A stretch of 64,000 nucleotides of DNA. Source: Macrostomum lignano (Eukaryota). Positions 36,703 through 47,900 of the stretch are shown here, in pieces. Positions within the stretch are counted from its first letter, which is position 1; every line of letters starts with the position of its first letter. A program made the position numbers and the translations under genes. Under the pieces are notes generated by a model, which saw only the letters and a list, made by a program, of their open reading frames with translations, ran no database searches and was not told the origin of the DNA. Where the stretch lies: positions 374,256 to 438,255 of the forward strand of contig NIVC01000829.1 in the NCBI GenBank assembly GCA_002269645.1, in the 5' to 3' direction.

Positions 36703-37100
36703 TATCCAACATGGTATTTCCTACTTGCAATCTTGCCTAAATGACCAAGTCAGAAAACCAGAGAAATCTTAATTTCTAGGTTACTGAGTATGGTTGCTAG
36801 AATAACTCGAGATGAAAGACAAACTATATGCTGCGCTATTGAAACGATGAAAAACGAAAAGGCCTCTTGAACGAGATGCTCTGGGTCGATATATTTAATG
36901 AGCTGAGTGAAAGCGTACAATACACGTGAGCGTAATGTGGGGTGGGGCGATCAGTGAAGAATGAAAGTGGTGCGATCAATAATTAGGGACTGTACGTATG
37001 AGCAAAATAAATGTTAGCCTAATTGAACGTACATGTAGCTATTGCAAACGAAAAGTTTAAGAAATACCACGAGACAGTGGCAGCTCCAGAACAGAGTATT

Positions 37101-39445
37101 TGAGGTGGGGGTGGAGAAAATTTTCTTGGAAATTCTCAGTTTTGAAAATTTGTTGACACTAGTGAGGTGGGGTGGATTCCACGTTTGAATTGCCGCCAAT
37201 GTTGAGTTCGCACAAATAAAATCGGAAAAATTGCGCAGACAAATCTCAATGGGAAAACTTCTCCTTTTACTCCAACTGCCAGGTTCTCAAGTCCGGGGGG
37301 AGGGTATAGTCATAATCGTAGCGGAGCAGTCATAGAGCGGCACAGTCGTTCAGTTGTAGACACCGGAGATTTTGACTCCATAAATTAATGTGTCAATGTG
37401 TTGAACTCATTACTATCAGTAGGGTAGAGCTGCCACCACTGTAATTTACATATTACGGAACAAATATATAAGTCCCAGAGCTTTCTTTGAGATGAGGACT
37501 TTTGGTTATTTTACACCCCACAGGCCCTATTGGAATAAATGTTAAAAACCCGTGGACGCGCGCTTTAGAAAAGAGTCAAACTATTTTACCGCGCTTTAGG
37601 ATTATTAGAGATGTTCCAAAAGATCTGCAGTTTCGTCGAAATCAAAATTCGCTAACTTTCCAAAATCAAAATTGAAATTTCCCGAAATCATAATTCAGAA
37701 AAACAAAGTTTAGTATGATCAACACTCACTTTTTTACTTTCAATTTACTGCTTAAGCAAAAAGTAATACATGTATATGTAGTAGAAAGTAGTTTATTTAT
37801 AGCGACTTTTTAGACACTACCAAAATTTTCACTTCTAAATTTTATTTCGAAATTGAAATTTGCTCTAAAAAATTTCAAATTTTGGAAAATTGAAATCGAA
37901 TTTTCGGAACATCTCTAAGCTTAATAAATTACGAGTGTATAAGCCCCTTCAACAGAGGTATTATACCCATTTCCATGTATATGTATTTGCTAGAGCAGCA
38001 GCCAGTAAGAAAGGGCAGTGCGCGCAGGCGCTGCGCCTGTGCGCGCACTGTGCTTTAGAAAAATTTCAAAAGTGCGCCGGACACCGTCCGCGGTTTTATA
38101 ACTTTTTCCTATAGGGCCCACGGGCAAATGACTCAATAAATACTATGGCTTATGTCAACAGAATAAATATGAATTGGATTAAATGTTTATTTGGTGTCTT
38201 ATTATTATTAATGAAACAGGCTTATAGCTTAGTTATTCTTAATATTTGAGACGAGGATGGAATTCACGGGCGCCGGTGCGCTAAATAAACTTAGGATAAA
38301 GAAAACTGGTACGCTTAACTTTAGAAAAGTAGGAGACAGTGGTAAACAGAAGTAGGAAAAGGTACTTGAGACGATTCGTCATGAGCAGATTAAATAGTGA
38401 GAAAATAGCATGAACATTAATTGGAGGAGGCACTGGACTGGCCGTTGGATTAAAATACAATGCGTGGATACATCGGGTGGACGGCTTTGTCGCAATGAGG
38501 AAAGAATAATTATAACAAAAATCCAATGAAGGGGAACACGCACTGTCTAAAGGATGGAAGCCACACACAGTAGCTGGATATCCACTTAACAGAAATAGAA
38601 TGCCAAAATTCACTGAGTGGACACAAAATTAATGTTTCTTGTGCATGCAATTTAAAAGTTACTAGAGTAAATTGTTAATCAAGTTTCACTAGTGGCACCT
38701 AACTGCCACATATTGAACCCAAAAGGTTAAAGAAATGTTCTATTTTGGCCTTGTATTTATAGTAGACAAAATCTTGTCCTATTGGTTCGTGTATCATGTG
38801 TTTAATTAAAAACAAAATTATTAAAAATACAAGTTTTTGTACTTTTACAAATAATATAATATGCAGTTATTTAAATTATCCATTTTATTCAAATATAAAG
38901 TAAGTTAAATTGTCAAAATGGTCATTGATAATAGTCACATTTATTTCTAGTCAGGGAAATGCAACAAAAGATTGTGAGGTGGGGGTGGAGAAAGTTTCTT
39001 GAAAAATTGGTTGGTTTGAATTTAATTGCTGACACTAGTGAGATGGGGCGGATTCCATGTTTTAAATTGCCACTGGTATTGTGTTCGCACAAATAAAACC
39101 TGAAAATTGTGCAGACGAATCATAACAAAATCTTTCTCCTGTTTTACTCCAACTGCTGGGTTCTCAAGTCTAGGGGGAGGGTGGTCGTAATCGTAGCAGA
39201 ACAGTCGTTAGCGGCACAGTCGTTCAAATGGTAGATACCAGAGCTTTTGGTGCTGATAAAATTAATGCATTAATTTGCTAAGCTTATTACTTTGAGTAGG
39301 GTAGTTGCTGCCACCACCATAATTTATGTATTATAGAATGAATAAGTTTCGGAGCTTTCTTTGAGCTGAGAACTTTGGGTTATTTTATGCCCCATGGGCA
39401 AATGACTCAAGAAATACTATGGCCTTGGTTCAAACGAATAAATAT
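37101..39445 (+). repeat. Two direct copies of a ~470-bp segment (37101-37522 + 38119-38170, and 38975-39445)
   Basis: Shared blocks include TGAGGTGGGGGTGGAGAAA, TTCGCACAAATAAAA, TTTTACTCCAACTGC, GCGGCACAGTCGTTCA and GGGCAAATGACTCAA.AAATACTATGGC. Confidence 0.8.
37523..38118. mobile_element. ~600-bp MITE with GGCCCTAT termini (Harbinger/PIF-like) interrupting the first copy of the duplication
   Basis: GGCCCTATTGGAATAAATGTTAAAAACCCGTGGAC versus GTCCGCGGTTTTATAACTTTTTCCTATAGGGCC. The sequence is absent from the second copy. TSD ambiguous (CA or CAC). Confidence 0.7.
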
Positions 39446-40317
39446 TAGCAAACTAAGGTTTATCAGGTTTAGTTGTTATTTAGCAGACTAGATAATAAAA
39501 TTACTGATGCTGTCACTAATTAAAACAATTACAGAAGATTGCGATTGATCACTTTTCCTTAAAAGGTCTAATTTTCTGAGTTATAGATGACATAACTTTT
39601 GAACTATTCAATAGATTTTCATTCCTAATATGTCATTTAGCATTTTCTTGTAGATTATTTTGTTTAGTCTTATAGATGCCTTTGCAAAATGCAACTAATA
39701 GTTTTTCTTTTATTCAAAAAAAATAATGTGCTATATATGGAATTTGAATCTTTAGACTATAATTATGCCACTTTTGTCCTTATATTGATTATCTAGATGT
39801 AAAACAAGCCAATCTAGCTGACTGGCAAGGGGCCCAGCCTGATAAGCTACAAAAATACCCATTCAAAAAGTTTAAAAGTAGTACTAATTAGCTGATAAGG
39901 CATTTAGCCCTTATAATACAGTTGAAGTTACTCTTGTCATTTACCTAAATATTATGTTAACTCATAGTTAAAATGTCATAATTAAGATTGGGTATTTTAT
40001 TGTTGTAATACAAAAAGGTCCTTTATTATTGCAATGCAAAAAGGTCCCTTATTAGTTATTGTTGCAATGACTTTATTAATGTCTAGTATGTATATCATAA
40101 GTAAATGATCTATTTTTTTTAGTGTAAACTTGAATTTTATAGTGTAGGAAGTCACTTTTTCTGGCATGCTATATAATATATTTAAGTGTGGGGTTCTATG
40201 TGCACTGACAAAAACTTTGGCATTTGCATGCACATCTGTAGCAATTCTAAAAGGTTTATATGCATGCAGCTTTTATTTGTTTTAAAAACTTGCATTGTTT
40301 TATTTAAAAATATTACA

Positions 40318-40565
40318 TCCATATACTAAAAATGGTCTGTCGGTATGTGCGTGTGTGTATGTGTGTGTGTGTGATCGATTTTAGCAAAAACGGCTCAACC
40401 GATTTTCTTCGAACTTGCACTGTTCGATCAGAAATTTTCCCGTGACAGTACATGCATCGTGGCTAAGAAATTGCTTGATGCTAAAGGGATTAAATATTCG
40501 AAAAACATGCTTTTTTGCAAAGGTCAAGCAGCTCTTTCGACTTGAAATGCATTGTAAGAATGCTA
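40318..40565 (+). mobile_element. Non-autonomous Helitron/HINE-like fragment
   Basis: A|TC start, TATACTAAAAATG, a GTCTGTC/(GT)n microsatellite, then AAAACGGCTCAACCGATTTT. This pattern is typical of invertebrate Helitron-N/DINE-1-like elements. 3' end not resolved. Confidence 0.45.
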
Positions 40566-41007
40566 GCAGAAAAACTGACTGGTTGAATTCTGATTCTGAA
40601 ATAGATTGCATCACAATACACTTTATTTATCGTCTGTGTACTGGCTGAATTTGACACTCAATTGAATTGCGTCACAGCTTTGAGTGTGAAAGCATAGCGT
40701 AGTACTGAATTTATATTACGTAACCATATTGTTAACTTTCATAGACACTAGTACTGACTTGCCTAAGAAATTGATTATGTCATAACTGCCTTGTGTAACT
40801 TTTACTCAATTGACTTGGTGTGAGTGTTGAATTATAAGTGCTACAAATTCATTTATAATTTCAATGAGAGCTAGCCTAGATGTAAACAAACTGGACTGCT
40901 AATGCAGCTACCTGGGTTCGAATCTTAGTAGTGTATAAAAGAATAAAAGTAGCATAAATTTTTTATTGAAAGCTTTTATTAAAAAACTAATTAAAAAGAC
41001 CTAGGTT

Positions 41008-42600
41008 ATGGATTGTAAACCAAGGATTATTGCACTTGATAAACCAAGGATTATTGCACTTGATAGGCCAAGGATTATTGCACTTGATAAACCAAGGATT
41101 ATTGCACTTGATAAACCAAGGATTATTGCACTTGATAAACCAAGGATTATTGCACTTGATAAACCAAGGATTATTGCACTTGATAGGCCAAGGATTACTG
41201 CACTTGATAAACCAAGGATTATTGCACTTGATAAACCAAGGATTATTGCACTTGATAGGCCAAGGATTATTGCACTTGATAAGCCAAGGATTATTGCACT
41301 TGATAAACCAAGGATTATTGCACTTGATAAACCAAGGATTATTGCACTTGATAAACCAAGGATTATTGCACTTGATAGGCCAAGGATTACTGCACTTGAT
41401 AAACCAAGGATTATTGCACTTGATAAGCCAAGGATTATTGCACTTGATAAGCCAAGGATTATTGCACTTGATAAGCCAAGGATTATTGCACTCGATAAGC
41501 CAAGGATTACTGCGCTTGATAAACCAAGGATTATTGCACTTGATAAGCCAAAGATTACTGCGCTTGATAAACCAAGGATTATTGCACTTGATAAACCAAG
41601 GATTACTGCACTTGATAAGCCAAGGATTACTGCACTTGATAAACCAAGGATCATTGCACTTGATAGACCAAGGATTATTGCACTTGATAGACCAGAACTT
41701 ACTGCACTTGATAAACCCCCTTACTGCACTTGATAAACCAAGGATTATTGCACTTGATAAGCCAAAGATTACTGCGCTTGATAAATCAAGGATTATTGCA
41801 CTTGATAAACCAAGGATTATTGCGCTCAATAAGCCAAGGATTACTGCGCTTGATAAACTAAGGACTACTGCGCTTGATAAACCAAGGATTATTGCACTTG
41901 ATAGACCAGAACTTACTGCTCTTGATAAACCAAGGATTATTGCACTTGATAAGCCAAGGATTACTGCACTTGATAAACCAAGGATCATTGCACTTGATAA
42001 ACCAAGGATTATTGCACTTGATAAGCCAAGGATTTCTGCACTTGATAAACCAATACTTATTGCACTTGATAAACTAATGATTACTTCACTGGATAAACCA
42101 AGACTTACGGCACTTTATAAACCAAGGATTACTGCACTTGATAAACCAAGGACTACTGCGCTTGATAAACAAAGGATTACTGCACTTGATAAGCCAAGGA
42201 TTATTGCACTTGATAAACCAAGACTTACTGCACTTGATAAACCAAGGATTTCTGCATTCGATAGGCCAGAACTTACTGCACTTGATAAGCCAAGGATTAC
42301 TGCACTTGATTAACCAAGAGTTACTGCACTTGATAAACCAAGGATTACTGCACTTGATAAACCAAGACTTACTGCACTTGTTAGACCAAGGCTTACTGTA
42401 CTTGATTAACCAAGGATTTCTGCACTTGATAAAGGAAGGATTATTGCACTCGATAAGCCAAGGATTACTGCACTTGATAAACCAAGGATTATTGCACTTG
42501 ATAAGCCAAAGATTACTGCACTTGATAAACCAAGGTTTATTGCACTTGATAAACCAAGGATTACTGCGCTTGGCAAACAAAGGATTACTGCGCTTGATAA
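41008..42600. repeat. 24-bp minisatellite, about 65 copies
   Basis: Unit TGATAAACCAAGGATTATTGCACT; it generates spurious DKPRIIAL-type ORFs in several frames. Confidence 0.95.
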
Positions 42601-42629
42601 GCTTGGCTACATGTATGGGATTCTTTCTA

Positions 42630-43150
42630 TCTAGGGATGCTTGCTTTTTATGGATTCTTGCTAACTGGGTGGATGCTTGCTATCTGGGGGATGCTTGCTG
42701 TCTAGGTGGATGCTTCTACAATATCTGGGGGGGTGCTTGGTATCTGCAGGATGCTTGCTGTCTGGGTGGATGCTTGCTATCTGGGGGATGCTTGCTGTCT
42801 GGGGGATGCTTGCTGTCTGGGTGGATGCTTCTACAATATTTGGGGGATGCTTGCTATCTAGCTGGATGCTTCTACAATGTTTGAGGGATGCTTGCTATCT
42901 GCAGATGCTTGTTATCTGGGTGGATGCTTCTACAATATTTGGGGGATGCTTGCTATCTGGGTGGATGCTTCTACAATATTTGGGGGATGCTTGCTATCTG
43001 GGTGGATTATTCTACAATATTTGGGAAATGCTTGCTGTCTGCAGGATGCTCGCTATCTGGGTGGATGCTTGCTACGAGTATTAGGGGATGCTTGCTATCT
43101 GCGGTTGCTTACTTTTGGAGGGGGTGCTTGCTATCTGGAGGGATGCTTGC
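42630..43150. repeat. Compound 18/22-bp tandem repeat
   Basis: GGATGCTTGCTATCTGGG alternating with GGATGCTTCTACAATATTTGGG. Confidence 0.9.
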
Positions 43151-44086
43151 TGTCTTTGGAATATTTAAAAGTCAATAAGGAATTGGTGTTTAAGAAAATG
43201 TGCTTTTTTAATTGTTTTCAATTTACTATTTTTGCTCCGTGCTTATTGGGCACCCCGAAGGGGGGCCGCACTAGATTGCTAGTATTAATTTCTAACAATA
43301 AAACAATGTTATTGCATTTAAAAGCAAAGCCACTAAACATTACTTTAACATTTAAAAAGAAAGATAAAACTTATCTTTAGGTATTTATTTAAACTTTTAA
43401 ACTAAACTAAACTAAACTAAATTTAAACTAAAAACTATCAAATGGAATAATAAATATGATACATAGTTATTGCAATTGGCATTTATAAATTATTTATATG
43501 CAATTAATATAAGTAATATTAGCCATATCAATAATTGGGTCTATCTGGGTGGGTCTTACTAAAGTAAATAATTGGGAGTTCTAAATGTGTATATAGATAT
43601 TAATATAAATATAGCAATAGAAAACCATTTTTATAATCATAGGTAAGACCTTATTTTGACCAAGAATGCAACTTATGTCCTAAACAACATGCCATTTTTG
43701 CAACTTGCATTGTTTTTCATTGTTTTTATTTTATTTTTTCCTTGCTCTCCTATCTTTTACATTTTTGGTATTCAATTTCTTAGCAATTTGCCTTAACTTA
43801 CTAGCAGTTCATTGGCTAAATTGACAGTTGAAGGCTATAATGGTATTTTTTGGGTTAAAGTGATTCCCATTTTGCTGGGATCCCAGGATTTTAGTATTTT
43901 ACTAGATACCAACATAACATTTTAGTATATTTAAAATCAGGACAATAAATATAAGAAAAAAATCAATTCTTAGAAAAGACTTTTGATAGTAGAAAAATTG
44001 CCAGTTTTTTTATTTTAATCATTCTTTGATTTATTTTTTATCCTAAAACTAAAAGAGGTTCATTCATAATTTTAATTCCACTGTCC

Positions 44087-44857
44087 ATGAGCCAATCATA
44101 TTGGCGGAAATTCTTTAGCACTGCTGGCATTCCATCAGCAGATGCACAAAACTATGCAGCCATATTTGAGGATAACAGAATCACAGAGTCTGTTCTGGGC
44201 GATCTGCGCAAAGAACACCTCACAGATATGGGCATTCGTCGAATGGGAGATATTATTAGTATATTAAAGTGCGCCAGCACCTGGCCTCAGACTGCCAGCT
44301 TGCAGTCTCAAGATGAAGTTCAAGCAAGCAAGTGGGAGCAGCAACAGCAGCAGCCGATGCAAGCTCAACTAATGCCGGCTTTATTGTCTTCATCTTCTGC
44401 TACAAAAAAGCAAAAGGATTTGCAGCTTATTGACAAGTCAAAAGTTCCTAACGTGGTGGTTAATACTACTGATAGAACTAGTGCCAGTAGTAGTGCAGGA
44501 GCTGTTGCGTCTCTTGGTCGAATTGTAGCTAGCGGGGATGGATCGAGGCGCTTTGCGGCGGCTCCAGAGCTGGAGGAACAACAGTCGAAACCGCAGCAAC
44601 AGCAGCAATCTTCTGCTGCTCCTAAAAGAAAGCTGGGTACGTTTGTCTATGATGTTAGTATTTTGATTTAGTTCTGGATCAGATCATGAACTATTAAATG
44701 CCTGTAGAACGTTTCTTTTATTAATTAGTGCGAGAGGAAAAATACGTTGCCTGAATTAGATTGTATGTTTCTTGATCAGCAGATAAAATAAAAATTAAAT
44801 AAGACAGACAGGTACCTAAAGAGAGGCTAGCAGTCAGGCTGACTGATACATATGAAA

Positions 44858-44916
<59 letters not shown>

Positions 44917-47900
44917 CAGACACCAAGACAGACAGACAGACAGACGCATAGAAAGGCAGACAGACACAGACAGACAGACAGACAGACGCATAGAAAGGCA
45001 GACAGACAGATACACAGAAGGCAGATAGACAAATAAACAAACAGAAACACAGGCAGACAGACAGACACATAGGAAGGCAGACAGACAGACACATAGGAAG
45101 GCAGACAGACAGACACATAGAAAGACAGACAGACACAAAGAAGACAGATAGACAGACACAATAAGACAGACAGACACAGAAAGGCAGACAGAAGGAAGTT
45201 AAACACTTTCAATTAACAAGTAATCTATTTTTATGAAAAAAACACTATGGAAGCATACCATTAGAAAAAACTGCATTTAGCACCTGTTATTTACTTGCTT
45301 ATTTGCTCGACCCAAAATTTACTTTTACTCATTATCGCTTGCACTTTTACAATCAGGCGATGGATTCAAAGCCGCCATGACAGCCGCAGCGGTTGGCGCC
45401 GCTTCAGTCCGATTGCACGAGGCCTCCGAAGCGGACAGGCCGGTCTTCAGCCGCCTTGGCGAGTTGAGCAGCTTGAGCAGTCGAGCCGTAGCGGCGGGCG
45501 CTGCCGCCGCCCCCTCACCGGCTGCTTCAAATTCAAAATCTTCGAATTCAACGACCGCATCTTCGACTCATAGCGTGTTCAACCGTCTCGGCGGGGTGGG
45601 AAGCTCTGGCGGCGGCGCCCCGCCAGCTGTGGCGTCTTCTGGAGGACGAACTGTTTTGGCAGCGACTTCCGGTTACCCTGCTGCTGCCGCTGATGTTCGC
45701 GTGAAGGAGCCGACAATTATTCGGCAAATTCAGTTTGATAGCAAAGATCTCAGCGTCGCTCGTAACGGCGAGGAAGGACCGTCGCCCCCTAAAATCTCTA
45801 TGAGATCTGTGGATAAGTGAGTCAGTTTAGAATGATAGATAGATAGTTAAAGAAATAAGATAGATAGATAAGGCGAAAAGAAACCACAAACACATACAGT
45901 ACAAGCAAAAACACAATTTATTTATTTAAATTCTAAGAATAATACCAATATTTCGAGCCGAACTGAATCTCCGTCGGGGTATAATTAAAAAATCTGTGAA
46001 AAAGGGAACATGAAAACAGAGTTGAGTATTTATAGAAAAGCACGTGTAAAATAAAATGATCAATATGTTTGGGCGGGCACGTTGCAACGTGTGTGTACAC
46101 CTGTACATCTAGTGCTCATCTGAAAAGAGGTTTTAGCTTTGAGACCTACCATTAGTTACTGCGGACAGGTTGGATGGACATAGAATGTTCTTTAATGAGC
46201 GTGAGTGAGTATAGGCAGGCGGCCACCGTGTCCAGCTCTGCAGCATAGTTCGAAATGGCCGTGCGAATTTGATGAACAACTCACCCAGAGTGGTCCGTGA
46301 AAGGAATCACTATTGGGATGCAGGCGTCTTTTTCAATGATGACCGTGCTTGAGCCTGCCGGAGTCTGAGTCTGTAGTAAAGCGATGCTCCATAATCATCC
46401 GCCTGCTTTGAGCTCCCTCTTTAGTGGCCAGGCACTAAAGTACTGAGGTACCACAGACCCATAAAGCGGAGGTCCTGAAGATTGTGGTTTAGTGACCGAA
46501 AGTGTCTGAAGATTGGGGTGTCCTTAGCCAGTCTGGTGTTGCTCAGGTGAGCTTGAAGTCTGACTTTGAGAGCGCCTTCCATCTCACCTACGTAGATACA
46601 GCGGTCATTGCAAGTCTTGCACAGAATGGCATGCCCCACGTTTCTGGAGTCACAGCAGACTTTTCAACAAACTGACGATCAATGTAGAAGCCTAGCTAGA
46701 TGAGAGCAGAATTCTTGGCATCCCTGACTAAGCCGACAGAATATCCTTGTTTTTTTCAGGATGCTTGTTAAGCTGCTGCTGGTCTCATCAAAGTTGACTT
46801 TAAATTTGCAACGGCGAGCCTAACGGAGGATCTGAGATTTCAGTATACCTTTAAAAGTGTGCTTTGGGTGAAAATACCCCGGATACAAGAGCTGGCGCGA
46901 CTCGGTGGGTTTGAGGTAGATAGAACACGAAAGTCTCTTGTTATTGTTGCCGTCAGTCAGACTGACACCGCAGTCCAAGAATTGAATCTTCTGTCTGCTG
47001 TATTGCATCGTGAGTCGGATGTTGCTATCAAATTCATTCAGATGCCTGTGCATCTCCTTTAGTTCGACTTCAGTGCCGACGAACGAAAACCATAAAAATG
47101 TGGTCAATGTAGCGCTTGAAGAAACAAGGGGTAAACGGGGCTGCTTTTAAAGTTTTGGATTTCCAGGCAGACATAAAGATGTTGGAGTAGGATGGCGCAA
47201 AAGCCTTTCCCATGCTTGTGCCTTTGACTTGGGAAGTAGAGAGAGAAGAGAGGTCACGGCGTATAAAAATATTATTTTAGAAAATAGGCTACCGGTTTCA
47301 AGCCTCTGGGCTCTTCGTCAGGCCAAAAATCTGTGTGTAATGCAATGCAAGTTGGTCTTTTAAGTAAATTATTTTTCTTATTCTGATAAAATTGATGAGT
47401 AGTTGTACATATGAGGAATGTACATTTAAAGCCCTGTGTTGTCTAGCTCTAACTTGTCCCAGAGGCTTTCCACCGTTCATTTTAATCGATAGTATATTTA
47501 TTATATAAAAATTGTTTTTTTCGAAGTACTATACGATTAGATGAAATGCCGGTATTAAGGGTAGGAGCATAAAAATCGATATTTGTGCGTACAATCAAGT
47601 AGTTTGGATAAAATAAATGACAAAGTGAATAAATATTGTACTTCAATAGGGTAAAGTGAGCGCATTGGTTAAAATGATTCAATTTTTTTCCTGGCTGAGA
47701 CTTAAATTTATTGGGAGCCAGGAGGCTCTGTACATTACGTTGCCGTGTAAGTGCGGGCAGTATGCGCGAGCCTGGTTTATTTTGTAGTTTATCAAAGTTT
47801 TTAGCTATCTCGTTGGCAAGCCCCTTATCAGTGGGAATGTTAGTGTGCAGGCATTTAACATCCATTCTAACCAGAAAGACATTTTCGTCTTTTTCAAAAA

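Noticed and set aside
40987-43380. Long ORFs (up to 427 aa) such as DKPRIIAL/LLHLINQG/ILGLSSA repeats
   Set aside because: Artefacts of 24-bp and 18-bp satellites that are open in several frames on both strands; no non-repeat domain.
44721-45212. Cys/Leu/Ser-rich minus-strand ORFs
   Set aside because: Translations of the (GACA)n microsatellite.
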